NCBI RefSeq assembly: GCF_006345805.1
Contig: NC_043004.1
Coordinates: 68,262,001 to 68,326,000, forward strand
Reading direction: 5' to 3'
Source of the DNA: Octopus sinensis
Taxonomy: Eukaryota
Length of the DNA stretch: 64,000 bases
This document shows, piece by piece, positions 38,848 through 52,490 of the stretch; the stretch's first letter is position 1, and the number at the start of each line of letters is the position of its first letter. Both the position numbers and the translations under genes were made by a program. The notes below the pieces were generated by a model. It was not told the DNA's origin. It made no database searches and saw nothing but the letters and a program-made list of their open reading frames with translations.

Positions 38848-40090
38848 TTACTCTACGATGTATGATTATACATACATAAATGTATATGTGTGTCTGTATA
38901 TACACACACAGACTTCGACGCGTACAAATAAATGAATACATGTACTTAATCTCCCATGCACATATGTATATATTCACAAAAGCGATAATGTTAATTAGCA
39001 CTTATTAAAAAAACTAGCATGTACTAATATACACAACGTTATCAATTTCATGCTAATTCGGATCGTCATTGAAAACACATTTCCTTGCTTTTAACTTGTT
39101 AAACACTATTTTTCTTAAGTAAGTTTAAGAATGAACTTCCTATTTTTGACAGATAAATCTATGGTCCCTGATTATTTTATGAATGCAATTTTTATATCCC
39201 TTGTGGCGGTCTTAAATACAACATGATTATATATTAAAATATGAGTAATTTTTCCTTTTGCTTTTTTGTATTGATAAATTAGAAGCAAATTTACAGATTG
39301 TTATCTCTATACAAGTCCTAGCAGAAGGAACGTAGATTATATTATAAAAAGGAATATTTCGAATACATAATGAAGATTCCAGAGATGAAGAAAAATTTCG
39401 TATTACAGGTCGAAACAGTATATGGCATGATATTTTAAAAACAAACGAAAAAATAAAATTCTACAAAAACGAAGGAAAATCTGTATAATAATATTTTTCC
39501 TTATGAAATATATTTTCTGTAATTTTTTGACAATAAACCAAAAACTGTAATATGAAGATACAAATGAAGCTAGCATATATTGAAGTGAAATGATTAACTG
39601 CACAAACAATATTAAAACATTTTTTAAAAGACATGAGTAAAGGTTTAAACGTGTCGAATCCTTAAAATCAGAATAACATTATATAATTCAGGCAAAATCT
39701 TCACAACTGTGGGTGGAATATTAATGTATTAAAATTTTCAGTGTATATTAATATTCATTTTTCATATTGGAAATGTATTTGTCACAAAATAACAAAAATA
39801 AAAGATGAAAATTGAATTTTATGATTTTGATGTTACATAATACAAGATAATGTAATACGATTTAAAAGTTTATTCAATATTTCCTATGATTGATGATTTC
39901 TGGAAAAGTTAGAGTTAATATGAACACAGGCACACACATGCATACATATCCTATAAAGATATATATATATGTATATATATATATATATGTCTGTGTGTAT
40001 GTATGTATGTATGTATGTATGTATGTATGTATGTATATGTATATGTAACTATATATATATGATAGTATGTATATCTTTATAAACATATAT

Positions 40091-40191
40091 ATAAACCTAT
40101 TTCTAAATGTATCTGTGTATACGTATCCATATTTAGCGATATACTTATATTACATACTTAAAAAATGCACACAACACACACACACTACATA

Positions 40192-40238
<47 letters not shown>

Positions 40239-40620
40239 ATATATAAATAGGTGTGCGTGTATATATATATATATATATATATAACAAAGTGGAGTTGTAG
40301 GGTACCGCACGAGTGGAATTATATAGGAAACAAAGTTGAAAATGCAATTTTAAAAGATGTTTATTACTTTACCGGTTTCACTCTTTGGAAAAAGATTGTC
40401 AAAAGTAACATGTAGAAGTTTGGTTGCGTTAATTATTGGTTGTTACCAAAATACTACATTACATATATACAGACTGTATATATGCAAAGGTAGCCTTTTG
40501 TAACAACCAGTAATTAACGCAACCAAATTTTACATGTTACTATTGACAATCTTTTTCCAAAGAGTGAAACTGGTAAAGTAAATAAACATCTTTTAAAATT
40601 GCATTTTCAAACATTCTTTC

Positions 40621-40666
<46 letters not shown>

Positions 40667-41077
40667 TATATATATATACATATATATACGAAAGAATGTT
40701 TGAAAATGCAATTTTAAAAGATGTTTATTTACTTTACCAGTTTCACCCTTTGGAAAAAGATTGTCAAAAGTAACATGTAAAATTTGGTTGCGTTAATTAC
40801 TGGTTGTTACAAAAGGCTACCTTTGCATATATACAGTCTGTATATATGTAATGTAGTATTTTGTAACAACCAATAATTAACGCAACCAAACTTCTACATG
40901 TTACTTTTGACAATCTTTTTCCAGAGAGTGAAACCGGTAAAGTAAATAAACATCTTTTAAAATTGCATTTTCAAACTTTGTTTCGTATATAATTCCACTC
41001 GTGCGGTACCCTACAACTCCACTTTGTTATATATATATATATACACGCACACCTATTTATATATATATATATATATA

Positions 41078-41133
<56 letters not shown>

Positions 41134-41232
41134 TAATTATTGTGTGTGTGTTGTGTGTGCATTTTTAAATATGTAATATAAGTATATCGATAAATATGGA
41201 TACGTATACACAGATACATTTAGAAATAGGTT

Positions 41233-41236
<4 letters not shown>
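40091..41236. repeat. Nested fold-back: ~540-bp arms, each containing its own ~290-bp hairpin
   Basis: 40091-40625 is the reverse complement of 40685-41236 around a (TA)n centre; four alternating copies of a ~130-bp unit. Confidence 0.9.
40901..40945 (+). ncRNA. Minimal hammerhead-like motif with U3:A8 core (further copies 40364-40408 -, 40537-40581 +, 40729-40773 -)
   Basis: ttactt-TTGACAA-TCTTT-ttcc-AGAGA-gt-GAAA-CCGG-TA-aagtaa. Confidence 0.55.
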
Positions 41237-41263
<27 letters not shown>

Positions 41264-41535
41264 GTATTATATATATATATATATAATATATAATATATAT
41301 ATATATATTTTATAGTTTTATATATTATATATATATATATTGGAAGTTTTGGAGATGATTACAGTATTATATATTAGAAGAAATGAGGTAATCAGAAGAT
41401 CGGATGGTTTATATTTACAGATATCATTTATATATTACATTTTTTACATATATATCATATCACTTAGATCATTAGCGCTTTCCCCATTCTAGTGGGGTTT
41501 TCAAATCAAAATCAAAAAATATATATATATAATAT

Positions 41536-41576
<41 letters not shown>

Positions 41577-42714
41577 TATACACACACATACAAGCATGTA
41601 TATATATATGTCTGTGTGTGTGTATATATATATATATATTATATATATAGTTAATATTTTCTATTCACTTATAAAAAGATATATGCGTACGCGTGTATAT
41701 ATGTTTCTACCTATGGAGATTCACAATTTTGCAATCCTAGCAGTGATATAGGCACCTGTGCACTCTGTGCCTTGAGCGCTCTGGTATCTATTCCTTGAGG
41801 GGCCTCTTAGACCTAGATGCTCAACGAATTTTTTTTTATTTCCAATACGCCGCACTTAAGTATATTTACACACATCTTTACTAACTTAAGCCGCTCGTCC
41901 ACAGTGAACAATGTTTCTCTATGTGAGACAATTTGAATATTGTCGACACAGTATCGATTCATTCCGTCCACTTGCTTCTACCCTCCGGTGATTTAGTCCG
42001 CTTGTTGATGTCGTTGTCCGATCTCTTAGGCTTAACACATTCGTAACACTCAGTTGAGGTCTACTTTGATATATCGTGTCTCTAAACAGACTTAGGTAGA
42101 GCATCTGCCATGGCAACAGACTTTATCGTATTTTTGTGATCAACAATATACGGCTGTCGTGCGCATCGACTTCTCGTCCTTACGAAAGAACAACACTTCT
42201 CCTGAGATGATGGTCTTCATAGCCTAATGTTTTCATGTTATTGCTGTACGTTCTAGTTATCCCATGATAACTAATTTGTATTTTTGTTTCCCATAAGCTG
42301 TTGATACTTTAAACCTTATGTAAGGGGACAAGCAATGCATTTTCACTTCAATAGGAAAGGCACATGCTTGTTGCTCCATATTCTCACTCTGTCCCTCTCT
42401 CGTTTCTCTCTTCTATCCTCTCTCTTCTCTCTTCGATCATCTCTCTTCTCTCTTCTATCCCCTCTCTCTCCTCTCTCTCCCTTCTATCACCTCTCTCCAA
42501 TCTCTCTTCTACTCCCTCTCTCCCTAACATTCCCTCACGCTATCCCCCCTCATACTCTTTCTATCAAACTAGCTATTTGTCTCTCGCAAACTTTAGAATG
42601 TCTGTCAAACTGCCAATATCTATGTGTAAGGTTATATTGTATGTAACTGGTTGTTCCCTGATATCGGAGGGGAAAATGTATTCGGAGGAAAGCTGTGTAT
42701 TTTGATAGGCCTAC

Positions 42715-42760
<46 letters not shown>

Positions 42761-42765
<5 letters not shown>

Positions 42766-45217
42766 TCTTTTTATTGGCCACAAGTGCTGACAAATATGAT
42801 TAGAAAACATAAAGGGACAAAACAGGACGAAAGGTTACAAAAGGTTTTGTCCGTTTGTGAAAAAATCGAGTAAAAACAGTGTAACAATCAAATAATATAA
42901 CAACGAAAAACGAAAATAGGGGAAGGCATTACGAAAGGTTCCTGGTGGAAAAACCCATAAAAGCCAATGGGAGCCTGGTCAAAAAGGTGGGTAGAGAGCC
43001 CCTTTCTCCTTTTATAATACCTTTTTCAATTACAGCCGAAACATCAGAATTAGTCCACTTTCTTGCACATTTCACCCACCTTTCAGAAAACTTGCTATCT
43101 GACAGCACTCTCCTCTCTAACCTCATCTTCCTTTTCAAGTGAAACTTGAAAAAGTTGATGAGGCCTTGACCAAAGAGGAAAGTGTCTGACTTTAGCCCTT
43201 TCAAACGGGTCCACCATACAACCTCTTTCGCCACAGCCACTAGGCACAGGAAAACGGCCTTGCCCTCCTTGTTAATGGAGGTCGGCGGCGCAATCTTCAC
43301 TATGGATTCAGCTGATAGCCGGATCCGTCCTATATGTGACAGTAGCTGTTCGACATAAGCCCATAGTTCAGCAATACTCGGGCACTGGACGAGTGCGTGC
43401 AGAACGGTTTCATCGTCCTGGCAGCACCTCGGACAGGCCCGGCTGACGGCACTTCCGTGCCGGTAGAGTTTATCCCGAACAGGCAGAGCTCCTCGGTAGC
43501 ACTGCCAGGCGAGCGACCTCTGGAAATTAACCATTGGCCCCGGCCCGAAAATCTTTCCGAAATGACCGCTCAGTTCGTTATCATCAAAGGCTAGAGTTTC
43601 CCCGAGAATGTCGTCGCATTTTCCTCCACTAACCCTCTATAGAACGCTAGAGTGGAACTGAAACCGATCGCATTGCGCGCTTGGCGGAGGGCGGAGAGAG
43701 CTTGACGGCACTCGAGATGCCAAGCATCTTTTCTCGGTCTACGTTTGATCCAGGTTTGCAGCTCAGTCAAAGAGACGAGCTGCGGAAAATCGCGTCTGAC
43801 AAACGATGACTACACCTGTTCACCGTCTAGAAAAAACTTGAGATGTCGCAGCCTGTGCGCATGTCTGCGCATCAGTAACCACGGCATACCAAGGCCTCCG
43901 TTCAGCGGTCGTTGACAGCAGATGGTTCACCTGACCGGTGGCACCTCACCCTTCCACAAAAAGTCGAAGAGCAGACGTACCAGCTTGGCCAACCAGCGGT
44001 CGGGACAAGGGACGACGATCAAGCTGTAATAGATGACGGATGCGATGTACGCATTCGCCACCTCCGCTCGACCTTTCAGGGACAGCTTCCTCTCGGCCCA
44101 TTTCTGGGTGAGTCTGGCCACCCTGCTCGTCACTTCTTCCCAGTTTTTATCCACCTAGAGATCCGGACCGAACCAGACCCCGAGCAGTTTAACGGGTCCG
44201 TCTGTCCAGCGTCCTACGACGCTGATGGACGGCATGGCCTTGCCTCTCCAGGTGCCCAGTTGCAAGCCCATAGACTTTTCCGCTTTAATCTTTGCCCCTG
44301 TCACCGCTTCGTACTCGTTTAGCGTCTCGCCAATCAGGCCAATGTGCCTGTGGCTCTTCACTATCACGGTGACGTCGTCGTCGGCATAGGCAGACACGCT
44401 GTTTTCATCTCCTAGATCGTGCGGGATACTCCTCAAAGCCTCGAACTTGCGCAGTAATGGCTCGAGAGTCAATATGTACAAGAGAGAGGAGAGAGGGCAT
44501 CTTTGGCGGACCGAACGCGAAATGTCAAACGGTTCCGAAAGGTGACCGTTCACCCGTATCACCGAGCAAATGTTGCTGGACCGAAGCCAGCTGCCTTGAG
44601 AACAGCTGCCAGGTACCTATGGTCGACCCTATCGAAGGCTTCACTCTGATCTAAATTGATCAAAGCCCCACCCGCGCCAGCGTCGTTGCTCACCCTCTCT
44701 ATGATGTAGCGCATGAGATGGAGGTTGTCGTGTATCGAGCTAGTCGGCACGGCGCATGTCTGCGTCTTGCCAACCAGCTTGTCCACGACAAGCGCCAATC
44801 TCTTGGCTAGCACCTTGGCCAACTCTCCTTTGAGCAGAGTGATGGGCCCAAAATTCCCTATTACGTCCCCCTTGTTTGGGTCCTTTCTCAGCAAAGCCAC
44901 CACCCCTCGACAGATAAAAGCAGGAATTCTCCCGTGTGGCTGCCAGTTGCAGTAGACGTTTGCCAGTAGGCCCGCAAACAAGTCTGGCATTGAAGTGTAA
45001 AGCTCGTAGGGCAGACCATCCAAACCCGGCGATCTACCTCTAGTGCAACTCTTCATTGCTTCTTCCACTACCCAGGCAGATATCGGTCCTTCGCAGCACT
45101 CTGTCTCGCTGTCCGAAAGTTGCAGTAGGCCGTCCAGGTACACACCAAAGTCTGCACCGTTGTCCGTTCCACCGCTCGTCCCAAACAGTTGAGCAAAGTG
45201 CCGCTGAAACAGCGCAC

Positions 45218-45218
<1 letters not shown>
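42761..45218 (-). mobile_element. L1/Tx1-clade LINE, 5'-truncated and frameshifted
   Basis: RT motifs (GRSPGLDG, PITLL, LDQSEAFDRVDH, SVRQRCPLS, AYADD), C-terminal CPRC...ETVLHALVQC zinc finger, AATAAA then a (TTA)n tail at 42714-42762. Confidence 0.92.
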
Positions 45219-45264
<46 letters not shown>

Positions 45265-45359
45265 AATGATGATAATGATGATGATGATGATGATGATGAC
45301 GACGACGACGACGATGACGACGACGACGACGATGACGATGACAATGACGATGATGATGG

Positions 45360-45390
<31 letters not shown>

Positions 45391-45405
45391 AATTATAATA
45401 ATAAT

Positions 45406-45959
45406 GCCCTGATGCAGTACCAGGCAGGGGCTCTCATGGCTTCGGATCTTAACTGATTGGAAGTGTTATCATGTACATTGTTTTGTCTTGGTATAAAAGA
45501 TGGGCTACAGCAAATATTCTGCTCAATACCTCAGATTTGCTTGTCAGTTGTTTGACTTTAACCAGTTGAGCATATCCCTTAGTGGCTGACGATATGTGCA
45601 TCTCTGGTCACGAGCAGAAGTAGTGGGGGAGCATCATAGCCATGTGTTGAGAAGGATTCTTTGGGGTTTGAATAATTCACCTCTGGAAACATGGGTGGTT
45701 CTTTCAACATCCTTAAACAACCCTTATTCAGGGACCTTTTGAGCGGGATGGGCTACTCAACCAGAAGAAAATTCTAACTGGGCCCCACCTGCAAGGTCAT
45801 GTGCTGTTTATCTTGATATGAGATCACCATGTCGCGCACATATGGTTGTGATGTATGTGCCTGGTGTACCTTTATCAGACGGGTAGTCATGATGGGTATA
45901 TTGGGCTTCGTATATTTTACCCCAGTGTCACTTTGATGGCATGAACTGCTCTCTCACTC

Positions 45960-45960
<1 letters not shown>
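45406..45960 (+). mobile_element. Unclassified ~555-bp insertion in a (TAA)n tract
   Basis: Balanced-composition non-coding block bounded on both sides by AAT repeats. Confidence 0.4.
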
Positions 45961-46032
<72 letters not shown>

Positions 46033-46577
46033 GTGATGATAATGACAACAGCAACAATAATAATGGGTGATGACGATGATGATGGTGACAATGATATTAA
46101 TTCCAACAACAGTAACAGGAGCAACGAGAACAATAGCAATAAGAACAAGATAAAACAGGGAAATATCCAAACAGTAACTGCAGTAGATGTTAGGCTGAAA
46201 GATCTGAACGTTGGTGTTTATAGCAACAGTAATAAATGTTACCTACTCGTATCCTAGCAGCCTTCCTACTCAATAAATAGTATGTTTGACAGACATGCGC
46301 ACTAACATACGTATATATGCATAATACATACATACATACATACATAAATACGTAAGGAGAGAGAGATAGATACATACATAGATTCTAACACACACACATA
46401 TTCGTTCATTGTTCTTTTCGTTTGTTTTCTTATCTGTTTTTTTTTTTATCGCAACGAGGCAAACGGACGTATTTCCCGCAACGAATATTGTTTTGGGATC
46501 TCGATTATATGTAGGCACTGCAGCTCAGCGTGCATATATATGTCTGAATGTGTGTGCATATATTAATATCTATATAT

Positions 46578-46636
<59 letters not shown>

Positions 46637-46974
46637 CATATATACATATATACATATATATATATACATATATATATAGATAGATAGATAAAAGACTACG
46701 TATACATGTGTTTGTATGCGTGTACGTATGTCACTAAGCATACATGTGTGTATATATGTATGTATGTATGAATGTATGTACGTATGCAACTATCTATCTG
46801 TCTATGCAAAAACCTACACACGCATGTATATCTGAGAGTCTCAATGGGAGATGAAGACGGAGAATAGGGAATGGAATATGATGTATAGATAGGCTTTCAT
46901 GAAGCGAAGATGAAAAATAAACAGAGAAACGGTTTCGAGGATCGGGGAGCTGGGGGTGGGTGACACATATATAC

Positions 46975-47008
<34 letters not shown>

Positions 47009-47042
47009 ATGTGTGTATAGATACATATATATATATATATAT

Positions 47043-47437
47043 ACTAGCAGTATCGCCCGGCGTTGCTCGAGTTTGTAAGGGAAATAACTATAAAGCATTT
47101 TTAGAGAGTTATAGCCAAAAAATAGCAAAAATGCATTAAAAATGGAAAAAAATCATGGTATTTTTTTTTAAATCGTTGACTAATCGTAGACATTTTTAGA
47201 GAGTTACTTCCCTTATATTAAAAAAAATATGCATTAAAATGGAACAAAAAGATGGTAAATTATTTTTAAAATCGTAGACTCATCGTAGACGCGCGCTAAT
47301 ACCCAGAAGGGCTTGATATGAATCACGACTATAAGATACCCGGTTTTGGTTAAACTGCACCGCAAAATGTGGGAGTAGTTAGGAATCTAAATCGTATGAG
47401 ACAGACAGCACACAACCTCTCTTTTATATATAAAGAT
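47043..47437 (+). mobile_element. Non-autonomous Helitron/Helentron-type (HINE/Lep1-like) element
   Basis: 5' ACTAGCAGTATCGCCCGGCGTTGCTCG, internal direct repeat, 3' ACAGACAG...CTTTTATATATAAAGAT. Confidence 0.55.
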
Positions 47438-47740
47438 ATAAATGTATGTGCGTGTCTGAGTAAGTGTTGGTGTATTTATACATAATGATTATGTTACGTC
47501 GTTTGAAGCCTATGATGGGGATATAGTTATATATCAAATGAACGTATTTCGGTTAATATGCAAATATGTTTAGTAACTCACAAAACAAGCATACTTGTTC
47601 GAACACATATATTTACGTATTTGTTTATATGTTTCTGTGCATATGCATACATATATACATACACGCATACAAGCATACATACACATACATGTGTGTGTAT
47701 ATATGTATGTATCTACTATTTATCTATCTAACATACATAT

Positions 47741-48062
47741 AAGAGGAGATGACCACTAAGTGGACATCCATTGTGCTAGAAGTAGACCCCCTATGGTCTT
47801 ACCACTGTGGACGTTTCGTGCATAGTACTCCAAATTATATTTTACTATGACGATCATACTGATGAGTTGCGGACAATTACGTAAGTGGTAGCAACGAAAC
47901 CGGATTTGTGATTAATCTTTATATTTTGCATCTTTTTATTTGTCTTGCTTGCTAACGTTCTGGCGTTTTCAAATTTTCTTGAGAACAATATTTCTTAGTA
48001 GTAAGACCATAGGAGGGTCTACTTCTACCATAATGGATGTTCACATAGTGGTCATCCTTCTT
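47741..48062. mobile_element. 320-bp unit with ~62-bp terminal inverted repeats and internal hammerhead-like motifs
   Basis: 47741-47802 vs 48001-48062; CTGATGA-GTTGC...GCAAC-GAAA-CCGG at 47859-47903. Confidence 0.65.
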
Positions 48063-48184
48063 ATTAGTATGTAATATAATTTTTCTGAATCTTCAGGTTT
48101 TTTTTAAATATGCTACACCACAAGTTTTAAATTGACATTAATCAAATCGATATTCAATTTTTCACCCTTATTATCTTAAATTTA

Positions 48185-48234
<50 letters not shown>

Positions 48235-48235
<1 letters not shown>

Positions 48236-49787
48236 AAATAGTAAAAAGTGAAAAAACTACAGAAGGCTTGTTTTAAAAGGTTAAAAAATATATATTTGAG
48301 TCAATATGTCTGAAGAATATTATAAATTTTTTTTCTTACAATGACATAGTTTAGAAGAAATGACCGGTTTCGCGTTTAGCTTTTTCAAATTTCTTACATC
48401 GTTATGTTTATGTTGAGAAGAGTTCTAGATAAGGGGAGGTAATAAGTGATTTCTTCCGGTATAAGGGAGATAATCGCTTAAAATTTTTTGCCTTTCCTCT
48501 GGGGTGAATTTCTTTGTATAAGTATGTTGGAATGGTTAAGTCTGGGCTTGTACTTTTCAATGAAGAATGTTTCCTTGTTTAGCCTAATTTGTGTTGGTGT
48601 TCCGATAGCACATTGGTAAAATGGAAAGATTAAAAATTGTGGTAGTAGCTGCTTTGCGCATTTCTCCATGTGCTCACTAAAAGGTATCATTCTGTATTCT
48701 GGGAATGCTATCTGTTGTCGATGCAGTGTGCATCTACGTCTGAGTGATAGTCCCGTGGATCCCACGTAGTCTTGTTGGCAGCCTGAGCATTTTATGACAT
48801 AAATTATGTTTTCAGAGGCACAAGTAAAATTAGATTTGATCTTGAAATTCTGTCCCTCTTTGAAGAGGAATTCTGATCCTTCTAGCAGGTTTGGACATGT
48901 TGCACAGTTCGGTCTACCACATTTTTTTTACTTTTGCATCCGTAATTTCAGAAAACAATTTTGCCTGTGTGAGAATCTTTTTAAGTGATTTAGGTTGTTT
49001 GTAGCTTTTAATGATTTGGTGTATGTTTAGAATTTCCTTTAATTTGGGGTCCTTATGAAGTATTGGTAAATTCCAGGTGATGATGGTGAAGGCTTCTTTG
49101 TTTCTGGGGTTGTATGTGGATATGTAAGGTAGTATTTTCGGGGAAGGTGTGTTGTTGTGTTGAACTTTTCTCAAAGTTTCTATGTCGATTTCTGTTGCAC
49201 GTCTGATCCCATCCTCTATGAGTTGAGCTGGGTAATGTCTGTCAATTAGGGTGTTTTTGAGTTATTGCAGTCTAAAGTTCCTGGTATTTTGTTCTGACAC
49301 TATTGTGCATATCCTTCTTGCAAGGTTGAAGGGGATGTTTGTTTTAGTGTGTCTTGGGTGGCATGAATTAAAAAGAAGGTATTGTTTGGCAAGCCAAATT
49401 ATAAATGAAACCATTAAAAAATCACCAAAGACATACATACACACACCTAACCCGGGGGACCTAAAACTATGACCCATTGTAGCTGGCCCAACCTGTGAAA
49501 CACACAGACTAAGTCTATTTATGGACATCCTCCTGAAACCCTTCCTTAAATATGTCGATAGCCATATCAGAGATGACTTAGATATGTTAACCCACCTTCC
49601 AAAAAAAGCCAAGGAAGAAACAATCATGGTTTCATTTGATGTAGTTAACTTATATACCAGTATACCTCATAATTATGGACTAGAGGCAATACAGTTCTGG
49701 CTGGACCAATTTCCGGAAGAAATACCAAAAAGGATCAGTAAAGAATTCATTACTAAATCAATTGAATTCATCCTACATAATGTGTAA
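48235..49787 (-). mobile_element. Penelope-like element with 5' inversion
   Basis: Minus strand 48478-49395: SCHPRHTKTNIPFNLARRI and GIY-YIG NIIYVIKC..C..DYVGST; plus strand 49395-49787: RT PIVAGP...SFDVVNLYTSIP. Confidence 0.9.
48355..48395 (-). ncRNA. Minimal type I hammerhead with U3:A8 core
   Basis: aagaaat-TTGAAAA-A-GC-taaac-GC-GAAA-CCGG-TC-atttctt, ~80 nt downstream of the GIY-YIG stop. Confidence 0.65.
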
Positions 49788-50000
49788 ACAAACATCCCCT
49801 TCAACCTTTTTCATAAACCTAACCTTCTTTTAAGAGAGTGTAAGTTTCATGCGAATACTACTGCTATACTTACAGCATACAAAAATAGGCACGTGAAGTG
49901 TTTTTTCTTCAAATTCAATATAATTGATCGTATTGAAATTTTTGTATTCATTGTAGTGAAGTTTTACATAATATGCATCATTACAAAATTTGCAATAGTT

Positions 50001-50347
50001 GCAGGCGTAGCTGTGTGGTAAGAAGCTTTCATTTCAATCACATGGTACCGGATTCAGTCTCACTGCATGGCAACTTGGGCAAGTGTCTTCTCCTATAGAC
50101 TGGGACCGACCAAAGCATTGAGAGTAGATTAGTTTGACGGAAACTGAAAGGAGACTGACGTATATATATATGTATATATACCTATATCTATGTGTGTATG
50201 TCGTTGTGTCTGTTTGATCGGCAAAAGACCGATAGAATAAGTACTAGGCGTCCAAAAAATAAATCCTGGGGTCAATTTGCTTGACTAAAGGAGGTGCTCC
50301 ATCATGGCTGCAATCAAATGACTGAAACAAGTAAAAGATTAAAAGAG
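50001..50347 (+). mobile_element. OR-like CORE SINE
   Basis: Head GGCGTAGCTGTGTGG, CTTGGGCAAGTGTCTTCT block, AATGACTGAAACAAGTAAAAGA tail. Confidence 0.8.
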
Positions 50348-50731
50348 AGAGTGGTTAAAAATTGGCGAAGATGTTTGTGTTATTTCTCTAGTAAGGAAGG
50401 GCAAATCACTTCCATATACTATATTATACTATATAGTACACCTCCCTTAAACTAATTTATTCAAATTCACGCATGTGTTTTGTGTCAGTTATCTGGGTGA
50501 ACTTATTTTTATCTTATATACATTTGTATATTAGTAATTATGCATAAGTGTCTTTATGTTTAGATGTGTGTGTGTGTAGGTAAGTATTAATAGAATTCAT
50601 GGATATTTGCTTTACATCTTCTACTAAAGAAATTACTACTCACCAACCAAGAAAGAAAAGACCATCATTAAGAAACGGAGACAATTTGCAAAGCTATGAA
50701 TAGCGATTTCTATGTGTATGTCTGCCTGCAT

Positions 50732-50777
<46 letters not shown>

Positions 50778-50873
50778 GTATATATATATGTATGTGTGTA
50801 TCTGTGTATGTATATATATATTATATATACGTTTATATTTATATATATATATCTATATATATATATATACATA

Positions 50874-50979
<106 letters not shown>

Positions 50980-50980
50980 T

Positions 50981-51387
50981 AAAATAGTAAAAAGTGAAAA
51001 ACTACAGAAGGCTTGTTTTAAAAGGTTAAAAAATATATATTTGAGTCAATATGTCTGAAGAATGTTTTTTTTTTTTTTCATACAATGACATAGATTTTAA
51101 AGAAATGACCGGTTTCGCGTTCAGCTTTTCAAATTTCTTACATCGTTATGTTTACGTTGAGAAGTGTTATCGTTATGTTTACGTTGAGAAGTGTTATCGT
51201 TATGTTTACGTTGATAAGTGTTCCAGATAAGGGGAGGTAATAAGTGATTTCTTCCGGTGTACGGGAGATAATCGCTTAAAATTTCTTGCTTTTCTTTTGG
51301 AGTGAATTTCTCTGTATAAGTATGTTGGAATGGTTAAGTTTGGGCTTGTATTTTTCAATGAAGAATGTCTCCTTGTTTAGTCTGATT
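50981..51387 (-). mobile_element. Second, shorter 3' copy of the same PLE
   Basis: Direct repeat of 48235-~48590 with the same 3' terminus; internal 27-bp unit present three times. Confidence 0.9.
51100..51139 (-). ncRNA. Minimal type I hammerhead with U3:A8 core
   Basis: aagaaat-TTGAAAA-GC-tgaac-GC-GAAA-CCGG-TC-atttctt; perfect 7-bp stem I, palindromic ACCGGT stem III, GUC triplet. Confidence 0.7.
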
Positions 51388-51609
51388 CAAAGGGAATGAA
51401 AAATTAAAACATTTACCCTCTAAATCCTGGACCAGTGTTTTCAAACACCTTAGATTAAATATATATACACGGGTCAATCGTGTGTAGCGTGTAATACGCG
51501 CATTGACTTGACAGAATTTTGAGCAGAGAATCTGCATAAAATATTATCAAAAGCTTGGTGTTACCCGTTCAGAGGCCTACACCAAGTTTTCACAATCGTT
51601 CACAATAAA

Positions 51610-51920
51610 ATCTAGATCTTTTGCAACTGAAACCCGAGATTCTTTCTCGTCAGCTGAAAACAGTTTTGGCACAAACTTGGCAAACACGCGTCTCATACCC
51701 AAATATTCAGTAATAATGGACGGAATTGAACCCTAACTAATCTGCACGTCTTCCGATATATGTCCATTGCGATGGTTTTCTCAGTTCTGCCGGTTGCAGG
51801 TCTCCCAGAACATTCGTCAATATCGCCCTTATTTTCTTCGCCTTCATGGAAAGGTCTGAAAGACTCGTACACTTGTGTGCGGCTCATACACTCCTCCATA
51901 CACAATTTCTACAACTTTGC
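51610..51920 (-). mobile_element. Mariner transposase N-terminal fragment
   Basis: ECMSRTQVYE...SGRP and LGMRRVFAKFVPKLF motifs. Confidence 0.75.
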
Positions 51921-52272
51921 AAATATATATATATATATATATATGTATATGTACATGTGTGTGTGTGTGTGTGTGTGTTGTGTGTTTGTGTGTGTATGTG
52001 CATACATTTGGATACATGGATCGATAGATAGACATTCGCAGTTTGTATGATGAACCTCATTATAATTATAATGACGACGACGACGACGACAATCATAACG
52101 ACGAAGACCGTGATGACGGTGGTGGTGGTGATGGTGGTGGTGGTGGCTGTGGTAGTGGTGTTAGTGCTGTTGCATAATGTATATATTAACATTCACAAAA
52201 ACATATATACATATATATATATATACGTATATACTTACACGTACACACTCGCATACAGACATATATATATGC

Positions 52273-52326
<54 letters not shown>

Positions 52327-52360
52327 ATATAAATATATATACACATATATATATATATAC

Positions 52361-52391
<31 letters not shown>

Positions 52392-52408
52392 CATACACAT
52401 ATATAATA

Positions 52409-52490
<82 letters not shown>

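Noticed and set aside
39372-39428. GATGAAG...GGTCGAAACAGTATATGG
   Set aside because: Too degraded to assign stems
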